A stretch of DNA of 63,486 bases, filler included. It is 13 parts of 13 records of this genome, joined end to end, with 100 filler letters (N's around TTAATTAATTAA, not from the genome) between each part and the next. Parts side by side here need not be neighbours in the genome. Positions count along the whole stretch, not along the records: positions 12,806 to 17,981 come from SRR9670534_1361; positions 18,082 to 23,754 come from SRR9670534_1363; positions 23,855 to 28,085 come from SRR9670534_1365; positions 28,186 to 33,085 come from SRR9670534_1367; 9 more parts are not named here. One strand, 5' to 3'. The number at the start of each line of letters is the position of its first letter. Within the stretch, counting starts at the first letter, position 1. The notes under the pieces were generated by a model. That model did no database searches, was not told the origin of the DNA, and saw only the letters and a program-made list of their open reading frames with translations. The position numbers were made by a program, and so were the translations under genes. This document shows positions 13,691 to 28,626 of this stretch, one piece after another.

Positions 13691-16600
13691 TCATGCTGCA
13701 GTAAATGGCAATTGTTGTTTAACCTTCTAAAAATAACAGCAAATTATAATTACGAAAAATCAAAATTTTTCAATTAATTCATTCTATTAATACTTATCTT
13801 TATTATGATTAGCATGAACGCACCGCTATTAAATGTTGTCGAAAATCCTCCACCGTTCTAAAACTATTTCTAAGCTGAAGGTCATTCGCATCAACTCGAA
13901 GAAGTCCGCACAACTTTCCAACCGATAATATTTCACAGGGATCAATTTTGTGATTATTCATTAATCGAACCAAGTATTCTTTGTAGTGAATTCTACAAAA
14001 ATGATTACCATTATGGTATATGATTGCAATTTGTAAAGTTTTATAACCAACAACTTGTAAGCATATAAAGTCTCGCTTACGCACAAATTCCACAATAATT
14101 CGGAACAATAGCTCGACCACATTCCTGATCAGCATATGATGATTCATCTAATTCAGACTCTGATGTTTTACCAAGAGTTCTTACAGGACAGCTTGAAAAT
14201 TCTCCAGTACCATTGTTTGATTCAAAGGGAACTCCATTTTTCTAAAAAAAGTTAATTAAAACCTAATTAAATTTCAAAGGACACTTGTTTTGTTATACCT
14301 GTAACAAATGTTGAAGGTCAACAACGCTTACGTCTTCATCTCTTAAATTGTAATAACAGTTACGAGGATGGTGGGCATGAAGAGTATCTGGACTTCTGCA
14401 ATCAGGCACCATGCATTTCTAAAGAGCATTTTACTACTGCAAGTCAATGTTTTCTTATATGTAGGTAATAAATTATATATTTTTCAAATAATGCAATACT
14501 TTAGGCCTATAAAATTCATTAAAGCAGCCACCACAAAACTCGTATCCGCAACTTTCGCAAGTGAAATGAAGGCATCCACCTCTACCTAATTCGTAAGTAG
14601 CATGGCACATGGGACAGGTAATACCAATGTCTGACAAAAATTTATGGATTGGTACATTTCGTTTTGGATCAGTATTAACGGTTAGTTTAAGCCACTCTTC
14701 AAAAGCAGTGCAGTCCATTTCCAAATGTTCAGCTCTATATCTATCATCCCAGATTTTACCACAATCAAAGCAAAATACGCCATTGCAATTTGGATCAGGA
14801 CATACTACCCTTTTTGTTGGCTGCATCCATAAAAATCCATTTTTGCCACATTTTTGGCAATATCTAAAGTTTTTCTCCTTGCTTAAGTAGAAAGAGAGAA
14901 CTTTCTCATCCAATAATTTGTGAAGTTCTAGACGTGAACAATCTGAGGAATACTAAAGATGTACAATGTACATTTAATTAGGCATTGTAAGAAATATAAC
15001 TAGGCAAAGTATAAAAACTATTTTATTAAAACAGGATATAGAACTACGATTTGAAGAAAAGAACCATAGGTTTATGTTACAAGTTGTAACTTACAACAGC
15101 CTTTTGGCAATTCTGAGTTTCGAAAATTTTGTTACAATGTGTAATTGCTTTTTAATAATGTTCATTTGCAAGTTTTTAGCTATAGTTATGAAGTGTTAAT
15201 TTAGTAAAAATACGTCTGCATAAAAATTAGCTCTATCACAGCATGCCTAGTATGCTTGCTGCACGCATAGAGTAAAGGATGCGGCATCCTGTCCTTACTC
15301 TACGGCTGCACCTGCATTATCATTTCTTGACAAAAATAGAACAGATGTCGCTATTGCATTCTTGACATTTTACCGCGAATTAGGGTTACTTACCTATTGC
15401 GGCTTAGGTATATCTCAGGAGACTATACGTATGGAGTTTGGCGCTCCAAGGATTAGTGGTGCTGTCTTTAATAATAACTAACACGCCAGATGTCATTATA
15501 TTCGAAAAATCTGACATTTCACATTTACTAAATCTGATTTACAATATTTCGAATTGAAACATTTCACATGAATGCAATTATCATGTATGATAATTACGTA
15601 TTCTATTTATGGATGTAATTACCATCAGTAGTACATAAAATTTTGCATATACTCAAAGATATTACACCTGTGTAATATCTTATAAAAGTATTTCAAATAC
15701 AATACACACCAATTCTATGAGAAGATCGAGATGCATTTTCAATGGTTCTGGAAATTCTTCTTCAGAAGTGGCCATTTCAGGGGTTTCACATAACGGACAG
15801 TGAAATTTTCGGACGGGATAGTTCTTGATAGCAAAGTCAAAGTAATCGAAGAAGCAATTCATACAAAGATTGCACGTGGATGAACAGAGAAGTGGACTTT
15901 TCTAAAAGGTGTAAACATAAACTATTTACAAGATTCTAGATGTTATATGATAGTTCCTTCATGTAGCATGACAGTTTTTGGCACATGGTATGCAACTACA
16001 GCCTATAGTCTATAGGTAATAATAATATTAAATAATAAAACTCATTGCTTTAAAATTAATCATATGTAATAGTAATGTCTTTGGTAAATAATTAATTAAA
16101 ACTGTACTTCAACTTTGCACTTGACTTCCTTGCAAACGGCACATGTAAACAAGAAATTAACGACGTTGGTTGCATAACTACCATCCAACGAAGCCTGTGT
16201 AATAGCAATCCTCTGATCAACAGTACTTGCTTCCTTAAAGATTGGATGATTCAATACCAGTTCAACCCAAGTAGAAGCTCTGATAAATTCCAAACCTTCT
16301 TCTGCCATTATCATTCGAATATTACTCTGCAAAGTACGTTAGTTTGGTACGATGTACGGTACATGGTGCACTACACGGTAGTACGGTAGTAATACTAGTC
16401 CCGTACACCATGTACATACCAAAATCTCACGTACCAATTGCATACAGTAGGTACCGTCAAAGGTACAAGCTTATAATATTACAATATTACAAGCTTACGT
16501 AGTTTACAAAATAATACAGTACAGTAACAAAGGCTCTTATTTATAAGGATGGGTTCGTGGAGTACCAATTTATCCTCATGTTGCGTCAGGTTGTAACATT

Positions 16601-17490
16601 TTTCGGGAAGATCTTCACTAACAGCCCATAAATCTTTCAGAACAGTGGAACCTTTTTCTAAATAGAGCTTGTTGGCACTTATGATGTCGAAGCATTCATT
16701 ACTAATAGGATAGTCCAATCCCAACTTTTCACTAACTGTTTTCTTCCAGTTCAACTAGAAATGATAGCACACTATGTACCATAGCCTATAGTCCATATAC
16801 CTATAGGTAGTACCCATTAGGTACTGATACAATTTATACATATTAGGTAGGTATGTAAAAAATTGTAAATATTTTCATGTAATAACGTTAGTACATAATA
16901 CGCAATAATATTTTTACAACTAACCAAGTAGCTATAACGTTTCTTCAGTAATTCTAAGGATTGTGTTAAACCTCCAGAACAGCTATGAAAAATGTCAACT
17001 GCAACATCCTGGTCAATCGGACCCAATTCGGCCTTAACTTTTGACAAAAATTCTTCGTAGAAAGTTTCAAGCGTCTTGCAAATAGTGTCGAAAAGCTCAG
17101 AATCTTGTTCAATATGATCAAATGGCACGTTCTCTATTATAGCTGCTCCATCAGAAGAAGATAGGTAACATTTCAATGTTTGTACGTCAATATCAGGACG
17201 CTCATTTTCCAATCGCTAAAAACAAAGAAGTGTACTTTATTAATTACAATACAATAGTAACTAAGGCAAGGTATGAAAATGATCATAAATTCCAACAACC
17301 AAATTTTAGTAATAGGACTAAGCAGTAGTTATAATAATAACTCATTGAACGATGCTAAAGCTACCTGGAACAATTTAACACAGTTCAGGCTTGTAACTTT
17401 ACTTCGTGAGATAAATGTTGTATCTTCTAACTCTTTAGCTTGTGCCTCTTCTTCATTTTGTTCATTTTCACCTGTTTTAATAAATATGCT
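13691..17490 (-). CDS. RNF31: HOIP/RNF31-like RBR-LDD E3 ligase (LUBAC catalytic subunit); 5' end uncertain
   Basis: RING1 (CAVC...CNLCMNCFFDYF...CPLC), IBR (CQKC...CPDPNC...CFDCGKIW...H...C), RING2 with catalytic RGGCLHFTC, and LDD motifs LHAHHPRNC and HYKEYLVRLMNNHKIDP. Last exon KVKQQLPFTAA* ends at 13691. Confidence 0.9.
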
Positions 17491-18081
17491 TCCCAATTTG
17501 GTTAAAAATGTCAATAACACCATTATTTAATAATATTCGAATATATTAAAAAAATAATAATAGCAATAACATTTTCCAAGATGAAAAAGCCAGTAATACT
17601 GCAACGTTTTATGTCGAACAGTACATTCGGTAGCAAAACCAGTAAAGCCATGTAACATTGTTACAACAAAACTGTTCAACAACTGGTAAGTTACCTGGTA
17701 CATATTGTTATACCAACTCGTTATCATTTCGTACTATTAGTAATAAGAACCGTTACTAGGCAACGGTACTGTTAATAATAACAGTTATCTATTCATTCAT
17801 TACAATTCATATACAAGCATGCATAAATCTTATTGATCTATATTCTAGAGAATTTCTCTTTTCTATGTACAATACCTTATATGATGGAAACGTTGCATTG
17901 CAAGATACTAACTATTGTAGGCCTATACTTGTACCCATAGAGAAATAAACACTTGTACACATTTATTTCTCTATGACTTGTNNNNNNNNNNNNNNNNNNN
18001 NNNNNNNNNNNNNNNNNNNNNNNNNTTAATTAATTAANNNNNNNNNNNNNNNNNNNNNNNNNNNNNNNNNNNNNNNNNNNN

Positions 18082-21000
18082 ACAAAGCCATGATCATCAT
18101 CACTTGCTGAAGAGTGCAATTTCTTAAGCAATTCTGTGTAAGGGCCAAGAAGGAATGGGCAACAATCCAATTTGATGCAAAGGTGTCGACAATAATCAAT
18201 AATTTTGCTGGACTTCTTGCAAACATCGAGCGATACCTCCAAGTTTTTGTTATGCGGCATTTTAATGGTTGCACCAATCCTGTGAACATACGGAGAAGGG
18301 GCATCTGGTATTTTCAGTTCTTTCAAAGATTTGGTGCTAGAGTAACTGACACTCAGCAACTTCGATATGGTATCCCTCATCCCAGTCTGAATAGGTCCTG
18401 GTCCTATTATCTTGGGCATTGACTTTAACTTTGTTTTAGATACCAATGCACCAGAAAAACAATCAGAGTTGATGATGATTTCAGGACACCAATTATACGT
18501 TGCCTTATTGTGCGTACCCAAGAAAGCATTAACATTTGGTGCTCCAACAAATGCTGCTAATTGGGTCATAATTGCGGGGGGCTTAATTCTAAAGAAGGAA
18601 TGCAACTGACACCATCCACAAGGAAATAAGTTCAGAGATGTAACTGGAATTATAACTAAAGGTTTCAAAGTGTCAAGTCCATCCAAGCTTATCCATAGCA
18701 AATCATCAATGACACGAATGATGCATGCAGCTATGATGTCACTACTTGTTGCACCAAAGGGATCAATCACTTCTAGCATCATTCCTCTTTCAAACATATG
18801 CTCACCTTTGAAGCGATTCTAAAAAAGATGCCACTGAGGGGTTAAAAAAGATGTCGACGTTATAATACTGAACATAGAGATGAGAGTGTTATGTCTTTAT
18901 TATTCAATATTAAGATATTAAGACAATAATATTATGTCAATGATACTGAAGAATGATTATTGTAATAGGTACTGAAGTACAGATATCCTTAATTACATAG
19001 TAGTATCGTTCTCACATTAGCAAAGAGTGATCTTGGAGCTGCAACATAGTGGATTTTTTTCGAACTGGACTCACTCATACTTTGCCAATAAGATATATAT
19101 TCTGACCATGAGAATGTTTCTCTATCCCAACCTTATTAATAGACAGCGTAGAGTTTATTAGCAAACACAAAATGCGAAAACATGAGAAAATTAAATTTTA
19201 CATTATAAAAACGAATCATATAGTTTAGCCATTATTATTATTAAAAGTTTATTTTAAAATTTAAGTAAAGATAAAAAGTATATTTTAAAAGACGTTGAAT
19301 TCAAAACCTTCACCAAGCAATTTAAATCAGATTATAATTTTTAACGAAAAGTTTCAATTACATAATGCAACATTGTTTGTATACCCTTTGGCTTCGTCAA
19401 TTTAACGCCATTACATTTAGCCCAACCAACAGGCTTCAAACCTTGACTTTTCGAATTGCAAACTATCCTGATTATCTTGTTGTCACTAGCATTGTGTGCA
19501 TCAGAAGAATAATGCGTTATTTGGTCAACTTGAATAATGAAATGCTCATCATCCTTAACCTCTACGACAGTGGCTGGACAAATGCAATTTTTAAGAACAG
19601 GATGAACTATTTCCATTTTATAGCCAACTTTGAAATTGTGCTTGGGCAAGGGTCCCATACGAGAAAACACATAATCTTCAGCTTCTATAACGTCTGGGAT
19701 TTCTGCACATACTTGCATCATTTTTTCCACGATTTTTCTGCTTTCTATAAGTCAAAAGCTAATTTCAATTAGAATTTTCAAAAAATGCAATTAAAGTTAT
19801 GTAGTAATTTACGTCATTCTTAGCCAAAATATTTTAGTAATTACAAAAAAACCAAATTGAAATTATTCAAAATAATAAATTCAAAGATAATTCTAATTAA
19901 AAGTATCTTTGAAATTAGGGAAAATTTAAATTTTACCTTCTGTTAACGAAGTTTCTGTAGGCATGGCATAATGGAGACCCTTATGTTCATTTTTCTTTGC
20001 GTATCCAAGAGGCTTAAATCTAATGCTGGCAAAATGCAGCCAAAAAGGCCTATCCCTCCAGTTAATGTACTTAAAAGCCAACCTTCCTCCAACTAAGTGA
20101 AGGGCTTTCGCAAACCAAAATTTAGTGGGATCGACAGAATCTCCAATTTCAATAATGTTGCCCAAAACAAACTGAGTTATAACGTTATGAGGGTCTGACT
20201 TTGCAAAGTGTTTGAAAAAGATTGGATGTGGCTCATGTTCCTTGTTAGTTTTCGAGTCTTCATAAAACTTGGAAAGATCTTCTTCTATCTCGTCCTCCCC
20301 ATAATCTATCACTTGAGGTGCTTTTAAGGTGAATTTCTCATTATTTTCCTTGGCCCATCCAAGAGGTTTCAGTCTTTCTTTGTAATCAGCATTTACTATC
20401 TTAACGTCGTCATCTTCAGAACCAAAATATTTGGCATAAAGTACAACTTGATGAACATCTACCACTTCAATTGGCCACACGAATCCATTGTCTTTGTCGT
20501 AGATATACTCCATCCAATCGTCAACAGAAATTGGTAATTGATATAACATTAATTCCTACGAAAATAGTGGAATTAAATTACAGTGTAGTGTAAGTATTAC
20601 TTATTACAATATTAACTTAATAATAAAATATGTATTATAAATAATATTATTGGTAAGGTAGTACATGTGCGAATGCTCCATATGGTGCAGCGGATGAGCC
20701 AGTCTCTTGAAGGTAAATATCCCAGTCAAATCCGGATTCACTTCCACTTTCCTCACTAGATGTCGCACCAGGTGAGGAAATGCTGAGTCGGCGATTTGGT
20801 GAGCTAATGGAACTATGTCTTCTTCTAGTATTAAACATAGAAGTATCCAACACTTGAGAGGAGAGATGTTGAGGAACAAAATCGTAAGAATCTAATGATT
20901 CAAAAGTAAAGCTTTCAGTAAGCCTTTTAGATTCAACAATAAAGTTAACAGAGGCTAATCTCTCCTCCAGTTGCTTTTCTTTGGAAATGAGGTTGAATAA

Positions 21001-21425
21001 GCTTAGAAATTCATTTTGTAGTTCCTCCGACACATGTTGCCGAATATCTATTTCAGTTTCTTCGGCAAAAACCGTACCTAAAACTTATGTTTGTAGTTCA
21101 TTCATTGATTATGTGAAAAAATGAAACCTTTGGCGACATCTACGTGCACTGCAGAATTCTTTTCACTTTCACCAGCATTTGTACTGATTTTCCTTGATAA
21201 AGTTCCATCCTTCTTAGGAGATTTATGTGGACTATGTAGGGTTTGATCAGATCGAACAATACCTCTTGAGAGAATCTCATCTGATAATTTGCAACAGGCT
21301 ACATCATCAATCGCTTTACTGTCATTAGGCAGCTTTAATTTTGAACTTCTGAACTTCTTATTGAAGTCACTAAGTTGTGTAACTAAGTTGGAGGAGGTAA
21401 AAACTGATTCTTTGGGCTTACTCAT
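18082..21425 (-). CDS. SFMBT: SFMBT1/2-like MBT-repeat + SLED Polycomb-group protein, 3'-partial
   Basis: FDWDIYLQETGSSAAPYGAFAHV; MBT repeats (FKVGYKMEIVHP...ICPATV...PVGWAK; FERGMMLEVIDP...FPCGWC); SLED domain (CPEIIINSDCFSG...IGPG...YCRHLCIKLDCCPFLLGP). Confidence 0.85.
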
Positions 21426-21469
21426 ATCTAAAACTGATTCAAATATTTAAAAGCAACTTAAAAATATCA

Positions 21470-23063
21470 CTATATGGACCTAGAAATCCTAGGAATAACA
21501 AAATCAAGATGGCGGTCAAGATGGTTGCCTTTACATAACATTAAATTTTCTAACCATAGATTAATACAGTTCTGTGCATGAAAAATGCTTGCATGGGTTA
21601 TGAAAACGTAATGACCGCATTTTTTAATAATATTCGGCTGCAATGAGGCTTCTTCCACGCCAAGAATATTTAGTAATGATGATATATGATCTCCAACCAA
21701 TGAAACATAACCTAACTAAAATACACAAAGATGCCGCTATCAGTATCAAAAATAATAATACAGAAAAGTACCTAGCAAAAGTTCTATCACAATATAGGCG
21801 TACCTTAACAAATTGATTTAGTGAATGAGAGAATCCAAGTAGATCTACACGTGCCATTTCAAAGTAATCCAACTTATCTCGTGGAACAATGACTACTTTG
21901 AAAAAAGTGAATTTTTTTTTGTGAAAAAGTAGTTCATGTGTTAAATATAACGCATTTTCCATTGTATTAAATTCCTCAAGTGCATCATTCAAGGAAGGTG
22001 TAAAGCTAAGTATATGTCCACGTGTACTTTGTTTTGGGTTCCACAGGTAATGCTCATCAACTTGTGATATATAGCAACGACCAAAAGAAGCAAATCGAAG
22101 TGGAAATTGGTTGCTGTCAAGAGAACATCGAAGAAAGTTGGCCAAAAGTCCGGGGAAACTAGCAGCACCCACCAATGCAAAAGTATCATTAGGTTCAGTC
22201 CCATCAGCTTGTATATCGAATTCACTTCTAGGACTGTGGCCTGCAATATGATCACAGTATGAGAATTTGTCGTTGACATTTAGCGCTTCAATTACGAATT
22301 CTTTTACCAAGTCTGGTGGAGAAATCATTTTGAAATTCATTTGTTTATAATAGTCAACAATTTTATTTGTGACTTCTTGCTCAAATTGAGACAAGTCATT
22401 GTAGTAATATAATTTATTGTTTAAACAGACTCCTAAATTTTGTTTTTCCAAATATTCCTGAAGAATTGTTAAATTTCCTTGTAGCAGTGGCCTATACAAA
22501 GAATGGAAATTCCGCTTAGTTGTAATGCCATCGCGATCCAAAAGATCTACGTTAGCTCGAGAAATGCTCAAATCATACACTTTATTTGGTACCAAAAAGA
22601 GCCTTTTTAATACAAGTTCTTCCAAATCATAATATTTTCTCTCAATCTTCCTAAGCTCCTCTCTGATTTTCCTCCCTTCACATATGACGTCCTCCTTCTC
22701 AGGACTGTCTTCATCAAATTTCACAAACTTGCTCTTAAGAACATCTTTCTTCTTTATTAGCTTACCTCTCGTTATGCTAACTGCCTTCAGTTCTTTGTAT
22801 AAAGATCCTAATTCATCACAAAATGGTGAAGAAGCAAGACCTCTAGTTTTAAAACGATTTTCTAAACTCCAGTTGTTATTTTGAAAAAGTTCATCAACAC
22901 GAATTGGTTGGACATTAACCATTGTCTCTCTCCTTGAAGTTTGACGATGAACAAAAAGATCTTTCGGAAAGACTAGAGAAGATGATTTAAGTCTCGAAAC
23001 AGCATTACTCTTGCCACAAATTAATATTTGGCCCTTGAAAACTTCCTTACAGCAAGTAAACAT
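21470..23063 (-). CDS. Degenerate mitochondrial seryl-tRNA synthetase paralog (SLIMP-like); exons 23063-21804 and 21715-21470
   Basis: SerRS layout with an N-terminal coiled-coil arm (EGRKIREELRKIE...VPN). Class II motifs are degenerate: LVGAASF, FPLRFASFGRCY, KQST, FVK|LGYVSLVGDHIS, resembling the remembered SLIMP pattern rather than canonical SARS2. Confidence 0.75.
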
Positions 23064-23635
23064 CAACGGTTTCTAGTTAAATAATGTAGTACCATATACA
23101 TAAATACATAGTGGTACTACCACTGTGGTAGGCTTTGTACGGCACAATTAGTATTACATAGCACCGTGCTATTAACACGTTACGTGCTGCACGTAGGACG
23201 CATTGCTACATACATGTACTCATTATATTACATAGGCACTTTTCTGTACACAGTACGTATTTATGTATGATCATCATACTATGATGATATAATATGTAGT
23301 AGGTACATATTATGATACATAATACAAAACTAGTACTTATGTACCACTTAAATACTATGTATTACGTAATACGCATTACTACGTATTGTAGTTTGTATTG
23401 TATTACATATACCTATAGTATGTACCTGTAATGTACCTATGTTAAAATAGATAGTGGTAGGTATGTTACATACATAGTAACTACAGTACATACATAGTAA
23501 CTATGCCATACTATGTACTGTCACAGTGTATTCCATCATGCAATCTACATGGTAGCATCTAATATCATGTAGTAGCATGTATGTATGTATTATCATAGTA
23601 GTAGTGTACTACTGTACTACAGATATTACTGTAAT

Positions 23636-23754
23636 TATTACACTGTATTACAGTAGTATGCTGTAGTACAGTAATACACTGTAGACTACAGTCTGTAGTA
23701 GAGTAGTAAATATGCTGTAGTACAGTAATACACTGTAGTACAGTAGTACACTAC
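23636..23754. repeat. Short degenerate tandem repeat (TATGCTGTAGTACAGTAATACACTGTAG-type units)
   Basis: TATGCTGTAGTACAGTAATACACTGTAG occurs twice, with further partial copies, running up to the contig end. Confidence 0.7.
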
Positions 23755-24249
23755 NNNNNNNNNNNNNNNNNNNNNNNNNNNNNNNNNNNNNNNNNNNNTT
23801 AATTAATTAANNNNNNNNNNNNNNNNNNNNNNNNNNNNNNNNNNNNNNNNNNNNGTAATTACATTTATGTAAAGCTTGTAATCCTTTGAAAATGAAATGG
23901 AATTGACAGTAGCCCTGGGTTATTAAAAGAGGGATTAAGTACTACAGTCTCATTACTTGCACCCTTTTTGGGTAATTGAGTTGAAAGTGCAGTGACTGGG
24001 AAGAAGTACCCAATTAACTCATTAGCGTGTGGTAATATGGGTATTAGTAGATGGAAGGAAATGACAATAATTAAACCCCGTCATTGTGAATAGACTTAAA
24101 TCACGAATAATTTTATACCTAAATTACAATTAATAATAAAGTTTTTGAAATATATTTATATTTAAATTTAAAATATTTAAAATGTAGAATGTGATTGTTT
24201 AAATTTAAATTTGTTTAATTATGTAAATTTTGTAAATTCTTTTAAAAAT

Positions 24250-24520
24250 TTTTTAAACCAATTTCACTTAAACTTATGATTATTATTGTTATAATTTTGA
24301 ATTTAAATTTTCAAATTTTATTTAAATTTTTCAAATTTTATTTAAATTTTTCAATAAATTGATCAACATAATATTTAATATTTTTAAATTTTTTAAAAAA
24401 TTTTTAAAATTTTTTTAAAACAATTTCACTTACACACTTATGATTATTATTGCTATATATTGATGAATTTAAATTTTGAAATTTTATTTAAATTCGTCAA
24501 TAAATTGATCAAGATATAAG
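24250..24520. repeat. Degenerate ~160-bp AT-rich tandem duplication
   Basis: CAATTTCACTTA...CTTATGATTATTATTG and TCAATAAATTGATCAA each recur in the same order. Confidence 0.65.
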
Positions 24521-25816
24521 ATTTCGTAATTAAATTTACCTGAATATAATAAGCTAAAAAATTATTGACAAATTTTTGCTGGAAGTTTCTTACTTGTCCG
24601 TTAATTGCATGTGTGCGTGTCTGCTTAATATTTGCAATTAGTTGCAAAGTGATGCTTGCATAAAGAAAACATTCTCAGTTTGAATTTGAACATAATGAAA
24701 ACCAAATATTACATTTATTATTGACTGTATATCATTAAGTCACATATAATAATGCTTACGCTTCAATTTCAAGCAAGAGACATTAATTATTTGTTGATCA
24801 CATCCAGAATGGCTGAAATATGTGCTATCCACCCATTAACCCTAATTATTTTGATAAATGATCTGCTTACGATGGATTTGCACATAAACATTATATAATT
24901 ATAACAAAAATGTAGAAAAACGTAAAAAACGTTTAGGAAACTCAACCCACTCAAATCATCTGAATTAAATGATTTTGTTGAAGATTACTCCTAATTAATT
25001 TTTGAAGTAATATAAAATGTAATTGAATAGATAAATTCTTAAATTTTAATTAAATTTTATTAACTTTAAATTTTAGCTAGGATATTTTCTCAAATCATTT
25101 GAGTCAAATGAATTGTTTTAAATAATGTAAGCCTAATCATTTTGTCTGAAATTTAGATTAATTTATTTAGATTAATTTTCAGATTTTAAATTAACTATTT
25201 TAATAACTTAGTGACTTAGAGTAACGATTTAGATTTTTAAATTAATGGTTTTAAATAATGTTAACTTTCACTTAGGTTTAACTTTCACTATTTCATTTAA
25301 ACTTTATTTTCTATATTTTTAAAAGAATTAAATTTTTAAAATTAATTCAAAATTTTCAATATTTAATTAATCTACTGATTTAAATTAATCATGTTAATTT
25401 TTAAATTTTATCAAAAATTCATATAAAATTTTAAATTAATGAATTTTAATAATAATTAATAAATTAATGAATCTTTAATAAATTGTTATATTATAGGAGG
25501 ATACATGTAATTTAAATTTAATCTTGAAACATACCTTCATTGTTAATACAAAAGGCCATCATTGCAAGTTTACACTGCAAACAATACATAATTACAATGT
25601 ATACCTGCAGCAGGTAACCTGCCAATCCTCATTTAGGTAATGCTTACCAGTAATTAGGGATTATCATAACATTAATAGCATCACTTCTCCACAAAGTATT
25701 GATGAACAATTAAAGAAAACATATTATCTCAAGAAATGAGTCTAATTAGACAAACAGGTAAATTAAGGTAACATTGATCAAATAAGTGTTTAGAAAAACA
25801 AAAATTATTGACACCT

Positions 25817-27451
<1,635 letters not shown>

Positions 27452-28626
27452 TATTATAATAATGTTATTATTAAATGGCAATTTCTTAAGGTTAACAAAT
27501 ATCAACAATAATGAGACAATTATTTTTTCAAGGCTGACTTTATATGGAAAAAGGGTTTGCCCCTTAGCGATTACAATTAAATTATTTTAAAGCAATTTAG
27601 GTTGGATAATGTGCTTTGCGCTTCTTTCCTGCTTTCCATAATAAGTTTGCTTAAGGCGATTCCTGACAATTGAGGATTTCAAGTAACTATTACAATATTA
27701 TATTATGTTATTATAATGACCTAATGGTGATGAGTGGTAGGTAATGCAATAAGGTCTTAATGAGATTTGCTTGGAAATAACAATGAGCTTGTACATCTAT
27801 CATAGTTATTATTGCATTAAAATCATTAGTAATAATGACAAATAGAATTTGAAAGTTATTAGATTTTTCAATTAGGAGAGAAATTGATATGAAAATATTG
27901 TTTATTGCATGTTAATTTGATCAGATATAACATCATGCTTTCAAATAGAAGTAATAAATTATGATAACACTAATAAAACAACATTACTAATAATATTATA
28001 CTAATATTATTAATAATAATAAGTTATTCCTAATAATAGTTATTAATTATTAATTAATATTAGGTAATAATATAAAACACATTTANNNNNNNNNNNNNNN
28101 NNNNNNNNNNNNNNNNNNNNNNNNNNNNNTTAATTAATTAANNNNNNNNNNNNNNNNNNNNNNNNNNNNNNNNNNNNNNNNNNNNACTAAACCAAACAAA
28201 ATCCCATCTAATATTAGCTAATAATTTACTAGCAATAATAAACAGCCCGTATACGCATAGTAATCAATAACTGATCATTAAATCATGAACACACGTGTCT
28301 TTTTCATAAGACAACCAACTTTCAACCTTATTTAAAAACCTTATTCAAATTTAAAAGTTACATTTTAAATTAAAATTTTTAATTACTCACACTTTTAATT
28401 AAAATTTTTAATTAGTTCTAGTAAATATGAAAATTTTTAAGTTCAAAATTTTGAATGTAAAATTTAAAAATTAAAATTTTCAAATTTGAAAATTTTTAAA
28501 TTCTAAGTTAAAATTTTGAAAAGTTCAATTTGTATTTGACTTAATCCACTTAACTCTATTTAAAATATTTCAAAAACACATTTTGGCTACTAATTTCGGA
28601 TACCCAAAGGATTTGAAATCCTTCCG

